Shown here: piece after piece, positions 1 through 8,468 of the stretch | Layout of the letters: each line of letters begins with the position of its first letter | How positions within the stretch are numbered: position 1 is the stretch's first letter | DNA from: Gemmatimonadaceae bacterium | Lineage (GTDB): Bacteria; Gemmatimonadota; Gemmatimonadetes; Gemmatimonadales; Gemmatimonadaceae | Length of the DNA stretch: 60,702 nucleotides | Assembly: GCA_035544855.1 (NCBI GenBank) | Contig: DASZZU010000060.1 | Coordinates: forward strand, 1 to 60,702 | Direction: 5' to 3' | Notes under the pieces: model-generated | Told to the model about the DNA's origin: nothing | What the model saw: the letters and a program-made list of their open reading frames with translations, nothing else | Databases searched by the model: none | Translations under genes and position numbers: made by a program

Positions 1-350
1 TTGACCGCGTACGAGCGCCACACGCGAAACTGCCGGTCGTTGACAATCGGATGTGTTATCTCGTAGCGAAGCGATGCCTCGCGAATCCGGGGCGTCTCGC
101 GCTCGGCGATATATTTGCCGCTGTGCACTCCGATAACGGCTACGCCGTCAGGATACTGCTTTTCGATCTCCCGCAACTGCGGAAGAATGTGCACGCAGTT
201 GATTCATCCGTAGGTCCAGAAATCCAGAAGGACTACCTGGCCCCGAAGTCCTTCCAGCGTGACAGATTCTCCACCGGTATGAATCCAGTCGAGGCCCGGC
301 GGAAATTCCAGTGCGCGAACGCGGGGTAACTCAGAGATTGGTCGCGACAT
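1..350 (-). CDS. TlpA/DipZ-like thioredoxin-fold redoxin (N-terminal part, possibly NHL-repeat type), probable selenoprotein; runs off the window edge
   Basis: ATG at 350. Reading through TGA 204-206 gives ...VVLLDFWTYG-U-INCVHILPQLREIEKQYPDGVAVIGVHSGKYIAERETPRIREASLRYEITHPIVNDRQFRVWRSYAV, open to position 1. This matches the family motifs DFWTYxCINC, VIGVHS and YxITHPxVND. Confidence 0.88.
165..188 (-). promoter_or_regulatory. Candidate bacterial SECIS hairpin
   Basis: Minus strand TCTTCCGC-AGTT-GCGGGAGA (186-167): 8-bp stem with one G-U pair and an AGUU loop starting 26 nt after the UGA. Confidence 0.55.
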
Positions 351-356
351 AATCGT

Positions 357-1367
357 ATGGCTCAACAAAGAATGCGCCTTCCCGCCCATCATCGGCCAGG
401 AGGTGGTTTTCGGAATCCGTGGCCGTCCGCGCAGATGCACGGATTTCTTGATTTTCTTAAATGGTCATTGATCGAGCGACGGCGAAATCCGCGCCGTCCC
501 GACCCCGACCCAAGTGTGTTCACGCAGGTGGCTCCTGCGTACATCGTTCCACGATCGGCTCCCGATCTGTTCACTATTACCTGGATCGGACACACCAGCT
601 TCCTTATCCAGATCGCCGGACTCAACGTCCTGACAGACCCTATCTGGAGCGAACGCGCTTCACCGGTACAGTTCGCCGGACCGAGACGATGGGTGCCAGC
701 CGCGGTGGACTTTGATCGCCTGCCGCCGATCGATGCCGTAATTCTTTCACACGACCACTACGACCATCTCGACTCGTCGACGGTATCACGCCTCGCGGAG
801 CGTTATCCAGCGACGAGGTGGTACGCGCCGCTCGGGGTGGGAGACTTTCTCCACCGCCGCGGGGCACGTGACGTCATGGAGCGTGACTGGTGGGACGAGA
901 GTGCGCTCGGAGAGCTGCACTTGACCTGCCTACCCGCTCAACACTTCTCGGGACGAACCCTCGGGAAGCGAAACACCACCCTCTGGTGTGGTTGGTCGCT
1001 CCGCACCGCCGGTCGCTCGCTCTTCTTTGCCGGGGATACCGCCCTTCACCCGGATTTTGGCTCTATCGCCACGAGATGCGGTCCCTTCGATGTGGCGATT
1101 CTGCCCATTGGTGCTTATGAGCCTCGCTGGTTCATGGGTTCCGTGCACATGAACCCGGAAGATTGCATCAACGCCGTCGACCAACTGGAGGCCGGCCAGT
1201 ATGGAACACGGCTTGTGATGGCTGCGGCTCATTGGGGGACTTTCAAGCTCACGGATGAACCGATGGAGGAACCGCCGACACGGATGCGCGAGCGGTGGCA
1301 GGCGGCCGGGCGTGACGGCAAAGACCTCTGGATTATGCGACACGGTGAGACTCGCGTCATGCCGTGA
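357..1367 (+). CDS. MBL-fold metallo-hydrolase (NAPE-PLD-like)
   Basis: Motifs TWIGHTSFLIQ, LTDPIWSER, SHDHYDHLD, PAQHFSGR, FAGDT, LPIGAYEP, HWGTF. Confidence 0.9.
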   Translation: MAQQRMRLPAHHRPGGGFRNPWPSAQMHGFLDFLKWSLIERRRNPRRPDPDPSVFTQVAPAYIVPRSAPDLFTITWIGHTSFLIQIAGLNVLTDPIWSERASPVQFAGPRRWVPAAVDFDRLPPIDAVILSHDHYDHLDSSTVSRLAERYPATRWYAPLGVGDFLHRRGARDVMERDWWDESALGELHLTCLPAQHFSGRTLGKRNTTLWCGWSLRTAGRSLFFAGDTALHPDFGSIATRCGPFDVAILPIGAYEPRWFMGSVHMNPEDCINAVDQLEAGQYGTRLVMAAAHWGTFKLTDEPMEEPPTRMRERWQAAGRDGKDLWIMRHGETRVMP

Positions 1368-1480
1368 TCCGAATGCGTTGTTTCGGCGAGTTGTTGCATC
1401 GCCATACTGTGGCTCTTCACCTTGTCTTGTGCGCGAATCTTGCTATCGGTTCTACAGACCCTCCTACACGGAGCTTTCCA

Positions 1481-1858
1481 ATGGCTGCAGCCAAGAAGTC
1501 CAGTAGTCGAAGTGGTGGTAGAAAGAGGTCGCGGTCCGGAGCCTCCGGACGCAAGAGCGGACGCCGCAAAGCCGCCGGTCGGAAGCGGTCAGGCAAGAGC
1601 CGCTCGGCCAGCGCCCGCAAGTCTTCAGGCGCGAGAAAAAAATCGTCGCGGCGGAAGGGCGGAAGAAAATCTTCCTCGGGTCGCAAAAGCGGGGGGCGCA
1701 AATCCTCTTCGAGGAAGAAGAGCAGTCGCCCTCGTCGTAGATCACAGTCTCCCGTGGCTCGCGTGAAACGTGTTGCAACGGGTGTAGTCCAACAGGCCGC
1801 TGGCTTCGGCGAGCGCGCCGTCGATACCGTTACGGAATTCGTCCAGGATCGCTTTTAG
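1481..1858 (+). CDS. Highly basic K/R/S/G-rich protamine/histone-like protein, 125 aa
   Basis: GGAG at 1470-1473 before ATG 1481. 38 of the first 87 residues are K/R with no acidic residue. Ends in a helical-looking tail. Confidence 0.75.
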   Translation: MAAAKKSSSRSGGRKRSRSGASGRKSGRRKAAGRKRSGKSRSASARKSSGARKKSSRRKGGRKSSSGRKSGGRKSSSRKKSSRPRRRSQSPVARVKRVATGVVQQAAGFGERAVDTVTEFVQDRF

Positions 1859-2703
1859 TTTTCAGGGCGTTCGGCAGCCGCTCTCCCCTCGATAGCGGTT
1901 GCCGCGCCACGGTCGGTGTGCGCTTTCAGCCACTTCTCGACCTCGCTGAATACCCGCTCGCGGCCGTAGTCGACCGTGATGATGTGTCCTGCGCCTTCGG
2001 TCCAGACTAGTTTCTTTTCGTGCGCGCCCAGCGCCTTCAACGCAAGCTCGGCGACCTCCGGAGCGCAACGCGGATCTTCGCGGGATTGGATTATGAGAGT
2101 TGGCGCTTTGACGCCGGGAAGTGATTTTCTCGCGAGCCTCACGACCTTCGACAACTCGAATAGCGCGCGGCCGGTGATGGCGGCGTAGGCAAGGTTTTTT
2201 TCCCGCTCGATTGGATCGCGGATCGAGCGCGGATTTCTCGCGTTCACCTCTCCCGCCAATCTTCCCCATGCCCAGTGCGTCGACGCCGCCAGTCTCAACA
2301 CTCGCGGCATGCCGAGATATGGTGCAATCAAGACCAATGCGGGGATATCATCGAGCTCAGCGGCAAGCAGCACCGCCAGCGCGCCACCCATTGAGAGCCC
2401 AACGATAGAGACCGAATCGTGTCGACGGCGCATTTCCGCGAGCGCACTCCTTGCCGCCGTGATCCAATCTGTCGCCCGGGATCTTCCGAAGGCATCCATG
2501 TTACGCCCATGCCCCGGCAGTAGTGGTGCGTATAGACTGTAGCCGGACTTGTGCAGCTTTCGAGCGAGCAAGGAGAGCGTCTGGGGAGTGTCTCCAAAAC
2601 CATGCAGGAGGAGGACTCCCGGTGAGCCCTCCTCCTGCAGATCGATCGTTTGCGCGCCACGTATTACCGGCGCTGTGTCAGCGCTCTGTTGCCGATCGTC
2701 CAT
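1855..2703 (-). CDS. Alpha/beta hydrolase (carboxylesterase/monoacylglycerol lipase type)
   Basis: LLLHGF, GLSMGG nucleophile elbow, QSREDP, GH catalytic His. Confidence 0.9.
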   Translation of the reverse strand: MDDRQQSADTAPVIRGAQTIDLQEEGSPGVLLLHGFGDTPQTLSLLARKLHKSGYSLYAPLLPGHGRNMDAFGRSRATDWITAARSALAEMRRRHDSVSIVGLSMGGALAVLLAAELDDIPALVLIAPYLGMPRVLRLAASTHWAWGRLAGEVNARNPRSIRDPIEREKNLAYAAITGRALFELSKVVRLARKSLPGVKAPTLIIQSREDPRCAPEVAELALKALGAHEKKLVWTEGAGHIITVDYGRERVFSEVEKWLKAHTDRGAATAIEGRAAAERPEN

Positions 2704-2709
2704 TCAGTC

Positions 2710-3504
2710 TCACTGATGCGACAGCTCTCTCGTCATCGACAGCGCTGAATCATTGTCGTGTCCGTTGCCGAGCCCGGTAGCGAGGGAGTTGGGCTCGATC
2801 AGGAACGTCATCCCTTTTCTCTCCGCGATTCCAGCCGACACGAGTCGGCTAAGCGCCAGCGCAATCGACTCGCGGGTCGCGCCGACCATCTCGCAGAGAA
2901 GGCGCTGATGGTTGTTCTCGAGCTTGAGCCGCCCGTCATCTGTCGTGAAGCTGCGATCAGTGCTGAGGTGTGAAAGCGTGGAGATCAGCCGCTGGTCGAC
3001 GTTCAGCGCCGCTAGCTCGTGCAGCTTCTCCAGTAGATACGCGCGCTCGGACATTATCTGCGATAGCAATGGAAGCGTTTGGCCGGGCTCCTCTCTCACG
3101 AACGCGCGAAACTGCGCTCCGCTAAGAAACAGAGTCTTCGTCTCCTCCGATGCGCTGGCGTCGGTTACATAATCACTGTTCGGCGACAGACCTTCGCTTC
3201 CGAATGTCTGTCCCGCGGTAGCGATTACGGGAACGAATCCGCGTCCGACTTTGATCTTGTTGCGCAGAACAATGTGCCCATTCAGAACAACGAAGACTCC
3301 GTCTGCCGCTGCACCGCGTTGATAGAGCTGGAATCCGGCTGGCCACGTTGTCTTCGCGCCGTACGCGGCAATCGGTACTACTTCTTCCGGAGTGAGACAT
3401 GACTGTCTCACTTCTGCTCGCGCAGTTCTCGTCAACTTTCGTCCATTCTTGCTCTCATCAATCACGATCATCGCAATGTCTGGGCCTGAGACAGCACGCG
3501 TCAT
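2710..3504 (-). CDS. Crp/Fnr family transcriptional regulator
   Basis: cNMP-binding-like region (LYQRG...GQTFGSEGL) and C-terminal HTH (EMVGATRESIALALSRL). Confidence 0.85.
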   Translation of the reverse strand: MTRAVSGPDIAMIVIDESKNGRKLTRTARAEVRQSCLTPEEVVPIAAYGAKTTWPAGFQLYQRGAAADGVFVVLNGHIVLRNKIKVGRGFVPVIATAGQTFGSEGLSPNSDYVTDASASEETKTLFLSGAQFRAFVREEPGQTLPLLSQIMSERAYLLEKLHELAALNVDQRLISTLSHLSTDRSFTTDDGRLKLENNHQRLLCEMVGATRESIALALSRLVSAGIAERKGMTFLIEPNSLATGLGNGHDNDSALSMTRELSHQ

Positions 3505-3516
3505 GCGAGCTGCATT

Positions 3517-5613
3517 TCAGTTTTTCTGTAGCAATCCTGTTGCCATCTGCAACGCTCGCGTTGCCGCATCGAAGCGTTGAGCGATGTCGGTCAGCTCCCG
3601 AGCGGTTGCTGTTTCGTCGCCAAGTCGAATTGCTTCGTTTACCGATGGCAGCACCATCGTCGAGTAGCCGTTGTTCTCGTCAGCGGCGTAAATGAGGTTT
3701 CTGAACCACGGCCGTGACACCAGTCCCTGCGCTCTTGTAAGCTGTCGTTCAACTCCGAGAAGCGTAGAGTTCACCTGCTTCGCGGTCACGGGCGACAGTT
3801 GAGCCGCAAGCGCGCGATCGCGCGCAGCTGCAAAAGTCACGGCTGCGCTTTCCATTCTTCCGACGGCTCCGGATAGTTCGGCAGTGGACAATTTCCAATG
3901 CTTATCGGAGATTGTCTGAGCTACCTGCGAAGCGAAACGCTTCATCGTGCGCGCGTATTCCACGTAGTCGTACGGCAGAATCTCGGAGTTGGCGAGCCTC
4001 AGTAGCGTGGCCGCGCCAATGCGCGCATTCGTCGCATGAAACTCGAAATTCGGGTCGCCGAATTTCGACATCCAATGATAGGAGTCGTACGCGGAGTGGT
4101 AGACACCCTGCGGTCCGCCAAATCCCCAGTCAGCGATCGGAATTCCGAGATGATTGTAGAAACCCGCGAAGTCGGAGCCGCCACCGGGGTCGCCCATTTG
4201 TGGCTCGAGTGTGTCAGCTGCGAGATTCGCGCGTTTTCTCCAGACATCGTACACGCTGCCCTGATGACTCGGGTCAGGCACTTCCTTGGCGACATCACGC
4301 AGCAGCCCGCGTAACGATGGTGATCCGCCTCCGCTGAAGTTCGGCCCCTGAGCAACATCATCCTGATTGAGGTAGGCGATCGCGCTCCTGCTCAGGCGCA
4401 GCGAATCTTCCTCGACGAATTCAGTCGAGCCGAGCAGCCCCCACTCTTCGGCGTCCCACGTCGCGAATATGATCGTGCGCTTCGGTCTCTTCCCTGCCTT
4501 GACCTGCTCGGCGATGGTTCGCGCCGCTTCGAGCACACTGACGGTGCCGCTGACGTTGTCGGCCGCTCCAGGTCCCCACGCATCGCGATGGCCGCCTACT
4601 AGCACGATCTCATCCGGAAATTCCGCTCCGCGAATTGTTCCGAATGTGTCCCAGATCTGTTTGTATGGATTCGTGCTCGCATCGGTCGTCACCGCAATTC
4701 GGGCCTGTACCGGTCCGGGCCCGACGTGGTACCTGAAGGGAAGACCGCCCTGCCACGGCTGAGGAATCGATTTTCCGGCCAAGCCGCGAAGCAGCTCGGC
4801 CGCATTCCCATACGAGACGGGCAGCACCGGAATGTGCGGAATGTCCATTTCGCCGACCGGGATCCGCCGCGCGTTCGCTGTGCTCGGATAACCGGGGGTA
4901 CTCGGATCACCATTCGGATTCATGACGCTCCCACGCTGAATTCCGTGCGATGGTCGCATCGGGCCGACGGGATAAACGTCGCCGCGTACGTATCCATCGT
5001 CGGCGGGATCGCTGTAGATGATCAGACCGACTGCTCCGTGTTTCTCCGCCTCTCTTGCCTTGATGCCCCGATATGATCGCCCGTACCGTGCTACCGCGAT
5101 TTTGCCCTTGACTGACACACCCATCGAATCGAGCTGCGCGTAATCCTCGATCAGCCCGTAGTTCACGTAGACGACATCTCCACGAACATCGCCCGCCGCA
5201 CCATAGCCATTGAATGGCGTTACTTGTGGATACGCAGAAGAGGTTGTGTCCTCGGGAACAACTCCCTCTTTCAGATCGAGCTCGATCGGACCGGGCGCGA
5301 TCCGCCAGATTCGGGTGCTCACAGGGTGCGGCATCCAGACCCTGTAAGAGCGCACCTCCGTCTCGAGCCCCCACGATTTCATCTGGTTGATCACATAGTC
5401 GCGAGTTCGCGCCTGCGCTGGTGTTCCAGCCATGTGTGGCTGGAGCGAAAGAAATCTCGAGTGCGCTGAAGCGCTCGACGGCGAGGGCCGTGTGATTGCG
5501 TCTGCTTCCGTCGCCCGCTCGGCAACTGCTGCTTGCTGAGAGTAGCCCGGAGTCGTCTGCGCCCGAACCGGCAGAGCCAATGTGAGGATTGCAATCAGAA
5601 CAAGCTTATTCAT
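3517..5613 (-). CDS. Secreted M28 peptidase, glutamate carboxypeptidase II-like (PA and TfR dimerisation domains)
   Basis: Signal peptide; PHMAGT, YVNYG, GGHRDAW, DNVSG, WDAEEWGLLGSTE, GSDF, YHSAYD. Confidence 0.92.
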   Translation of the reverse strand: MNKLVLIAILTLALPVRAQTTPGYSQQAAVAERATEADAITRPSPSSASAHSRFLSLQPHMAGTPAQARTRDYVINQMKSWGLETEVRSYRVWMPHPVSTRIWRIAPGPIELDLKEGVVPEDTTSSAYPQVTPFNGYGAAGDVRGDVVYVNYGLIEDYAQLDSMGVSVKGKIAVARYGRSYRGIKAREAEKHGAVGLIIYSDPADDGYVRGDVYPVGPMRPSHGIQRGSVMNPNGDPSTPGYPSTANARRIPVGEMDIPHIPVLPVSYGNAAELLRGLAGKSIPQPWQGGLPFRYHVGPGPVQARIAVTTDASTNPYKQIWDTFGTIRGAEFPDEIVLVGGHRDAWGPGAADNVSGTVSVLEAARTIAEQVKAGKRPKRTIIFATWDAEEWGLLGSTEFVEEDSLRLSRSAIAYLNQDDVAQGPNFSGGGSPSLRGLLRDVAKEVPDPSHQGSVYDVWRKRANLAADTLEPQMGDPGGGSDFAGFYNHLGIPIADWGFGGPQGVYHSAYDSYHWMSKFGDPNFEFHATNARIGAATLLRLANSEILPYDYVEYARTMKRFASQVAQTISDKHWKLSTAELSGAVGRMESAAVTFAAARDRALAAQLSPVTAKQVNSTLLGVERQLTRAQGLVSRPWFRNLIYAADENNGYSTMVLPSVNEAIRLGDETATARELTDIAQRFDAATRALQMATGLLQKN

Positions 5614-5664
5614 TCGCTGGGATGTCCTGTGTGTGATGGTGTCTCTTGCAACTAGCGTCCGCGC

Positions 5665-6276
5665 TCACTCGTCGAGTTGGTCGAGCGCGGCCCTGATGGC
5701 CTCGCGTAATCTGGCCTCGCCCTCAACGCCAGGACTGATACCCCCGGCCAACGAATGAAACTTGGAGAGCATCTCCGCTTCCACAAACTTGTCCGGCTCG
5801 CGCATGCCCAGGGATTCGAGAGTTCGGATCGCCAGTCGTCGGAGCAGCTCGAGCGTTGATCGATCGAGATCCTTCAGAGATTCCGGATTTGCTGCGGATG
5901 CGCTCGGCGTGCGATCGCCCCTCCTTCTAGGCGCTTCAAGAAGAGAGGAGATCGATCCCAGTTTGACGACAAACGATCCGGGAGAATGCTCTCTCCACTC
6001 ACTCACCACTCCACGCCTGCGAAGGGACGGCAGTAGCGAAAGAATCGCCTCCCGTACCACGGAGACTCCGTTTGGACTCTGATTACCCCGCCCTGTTATT
6101 ACCAGAACTTGGGCCACCCGACTGATCTGCCGCTCGCGCAGCCATGCTTCGGTTCGAAAGCGGGCATCGGCCGCAGAAGGGAGTGACTCCCTGAGGTTGA
6201 GCGTGTTCTTCGATCCGAACTCGGCTTCGTCGAAAGCTCTCAGGACCGAGCGGAGGGAATCTCTACCTGATCGCAT
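5665..6276 (-). CDS. Stand-alone Smr-domain protein
   Basis: TLNLR...VLVITGRGNQS...PGSFVVKL Smr pattern. ATG 6276 overlaps the upstream gene end. Confidence 0.75.
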   Translation of the reverse strand: MRSGRDSLRSVLRAFDEAEFGSKNTLNLRESLPSAADARFRTEAWLRERQISRVAQVLVITGRGNQSPNGVSVVREAILSLLPSLRRRGVVSEWREHSPGSFVVKLGSISSLLEAPRRRGDRTPSASAANPESLKDLDRSTLELLRRLAIRTLESLGMREPDKFVEAEMLSKFHSLAGGISPGVEGEARLREAIRAALDQLDE

Positions 6277-7879
6277 TCTGGAGGACGTGGCCGTCGAGTT
6301 TTTCCTGTGGTGTAACATGGACGATCGCCGCGAGCGTTGGAGCCATATCCACCACCCTCGCGAACTCGTCGTACCGTCCCGGTTTGATGCCACTGCCGTA
6401 GAAAATGATTGGCACGCGCGCATCCGAATCGTTCGGACTTCCATGCTGCGCCTGGTAACTCGAAAGCCAATAGTTGTACGGGGCGAGGGTCACCACAAGC
6501 GCGGCCTTGTCTTCATCGGAGAACATGTGCAGCCACCGCCGCCCAATTCTGTCGTTTACAGTATCGCGCTGGGCAAGCTCCAAAATTCTGTCTGCACGAC
6601 CAACACCTGGCACTTTCAGAAAAGACGCACGAATTGCCCGCACCAGAGAGTCACGGTTGATGTGCGCTTTGCTCAAGGCTGATCTATCGAGCTCGAGCAC
6701 TCCCCCGTCAAAGGAAAATCCGTTGCCGGTGTAAACCCCTCCGGTGTAGTTCAGCCCGTATCCCTCCACTCCCGCCGCGGCCAGCGAGTTACTGAGGTCC
6801 TGCAGCAACGGGCGCGGGTTGACGCGAACAGCGCCCGCGTTTGGATCGTGTGCGTGGACTTCCGGATAGGGAGTAAGTCCATGATCGGCGGTGAGCGCAA
6901 CAACGACGTCGCGAGGATTCCGGATTCGGAACAGAGAGTCGAGAAAGGAGCCAAGCGCACGGTCGAGCCGAAGTATTTGATCGTGAACTTCGCGCGAGTC
7001 GGGTCCGTAACGGTGACCGACCGCATCGGTCGTCGAGAGCGAGATGGCCAGTACGTCCGTCTGCGGCCTAGCACCAAGATTCAGCGCGTTCACTCCTGTC
7101 ATCGCGAAATCGAGAGTCAGCTCGTCCATCCACGGAAATTCGGGAAACAGTCGCGCAGCTGAATCGGGCGAGCTCGATTCGAGGTGGGGGAAGACGAAGT
7201 TGTTGCCTCCGCTTTCTATCGGTACGCTGTCACGCTCACTATAAGCACTGTCAGGCAGCAACAGCTCCCACGCTTTTCCCGCATAGCTCGCCGGGAGCTT
7301 TCGTGCGTTGAAAGCGCGAACCCACTCTGGCAGGCTCGAGCCGTAGTACGTGCTCGTAGTGAAAATCCCGTTCGGTGCGTACCAGAAAACGGGCTGCTTG
7401 GATCTGCCGATGGGAAGGATCGCCGCGCGGTCCTTCCTGGAAACGGAAAGAACGCGCGTGCGTGGATCCTTTGCGATAAGCCAATCCGTTAGCGTGGTTC
7501 CGCGAAAGCGAAACGGTGATGCGCCGAGACCCGACGCATCTATGAGAGTGACAGTTGTGTCGTTTACTCCGGCGATGTTCGCAGATATTCCGGTGTGAAC
7601 CGGGAATCGACCCGACATTGTCACGGAATGCCCTGGCGCCGTCTCGGTTATCGCGTGATCCTGGAATCCGTTGGTGAATACCGCGCCGCCTTTGTACAGC
7701 CTTCCCAAACCGCCGGTGAGCTGCTGGCCAAATCGCGGTAGATAGTCCGGGCGCATCGCATCGACGGTAATGAAGACCACCAGCTTGGGTGTCTGCGTGT
7801 TGTTCGCTTGCCCGGCTGCAGGATATGCAACAAGCCCCGCAAGTAAAATCGGCAGCGAAAGCGCGAATCGACGGATCAT
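6263..7879 (-). CDS. Alkaline phosphatase superfamily enzyme (PafA type), secreted
   Basis: Signal peptide from ATG 7879; ITVDAMR, TETAPGH, SRKDRAAI, DAVGHRYG, TADHG, QHGS. Confidence 0.9.
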   Translation of the reverse strand: MIRRFALSLPILLAGLVAYPAAGQANNTQTPKLVVFITVDAMRPDYLPRFGQQLTGGLGRLYKGGAVFTNGFQDHAITETAPGHSVTMSGRFPVHTGISANIAGVNDTTVTLIDASGLGASPFRFRGTTLTDWLIAKDPRTRVLSVSRKDRAAILPIGRSKQPVFWYAPNGIFTTSTYYGSSLPEWVRAFNARKLPASYAGKAWELLLPDSAYSERDSVPIESGGNNFVFPHLESSSPDSAARLFPEFPWMDELTLDFAMTGVNALNLGARPQTDVLAISLSTTDAVGHRYGPDSREVHDQILRLDRALGSFLDSLFRIRNPRDVVVALTADHGLTPYPEVHAHDPNAGAVRVNPRPLLQDLSNSLAAAGVEGYGLNYTGGVYTGNGFSFDGGVLELDRSALSKAHINRDSLVRAIRASFLKVPGVGRADRILELAQRDTVNDRIGRRWLHMFSDEDKAALVVTLAPYNYWLSSYQAQHGSPNDSDARVPIIFYGSGIKPGRYDEFARVVDMAPTLAAIVHVTPQEKLDGHVLQNAIR

Positions 7880-7910
7880 TATCACTGTATTGGAATTGGA
7901 ATCGATGTGG

Positions 7911-8402
7911 TTATTTGCACTGCGGAGGCGCACCGACGGGTAGTCCGAACGCCGTGGTCACCGCGATCCTCCATCCCTCGGGCGTCTTCACGAACACCCG
8001 CTCGGATACCCCGCTGGAGGTCGTATCCTTCTGAGTCACTGTGTAGCAGTAGCTGCCATAGACGACACCGGGCGCAACTGGTATCACACGCAGATTTCTG
8101 GCGATCAGAGTGTCCGGCCAGGTAGAATCGCGTCGAGCGCTCCAGTTTTCGTACCCGAGCTCGAGTCCAGCAGGACCGTTACGCGCCAGGGAGCTCGTGT
8201 GCAGATACGTCGCGAGATAGCGAGCTCGATCACGCTTGTGGATCGCGTCAATGTTTTCTTCGAAGAGTCGGCGCGCTTCAACAGTATCGGACGCGGTTGT
8301 CGCTACAGCCGATGCCCCATTGTTCACCTGCACGGGACTACAGGCAGTTGCTGCGATAAGAAGTGCGAGGAGTCGACCGGACGAGAGTCTCGTCGCTGAC
8401 AT
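7911..8402 (-). CDS. NTF2-like (DUF4440-type) lipoprotein
   Basis: Lipobox-like ATAC; C-terminal ERVFVKTPEGWRIA. Confidence 0.7.
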   Translation of the reverse strand: MSATRLSSGRLLALLIAATACSPVQVNNGASAVATTASDTVEARRLFEENIDAIHKRDRARYLATYLHTSSLARNGPAGLELGYENWSARRDSTWPDTLIARNLRVIPVAPGVVYGSYCYTVTQKDTTSSGVSERVFVKTPEGWRIAVTTAFGLPVGAPPQCK

Positions 8403-8411
8403 AGGTCTCTT

Positions 8412-8442
8412 CGAAGAAGTCTCCGGTATGTTAACCGGAGAC
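8412..8442 (-). terminator. Hairpin after argD
   Basis: GTCTCCGGT-N6-ACCGGAGAC (8419-8442), followed by TTCTTC on the minus strand. Confidence 0.5.
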
Positions 8443-8468
8443 GCCGGAATTGGCGACTCCGATCCGCG

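Noticed and set aside
204-440. 78-aa ORF treated as a complete small protein
   Set aside because: Its TGA falls within a conserved active-site motif and the frame continues. Residues upstream of ATG 350 overlap the MBL gene.
1426-1444. Sigma54-like promoter (GTGCGCGAATCTTGCT) before the basic protein
   Set aside because: It lacks the invariant GG at -24.
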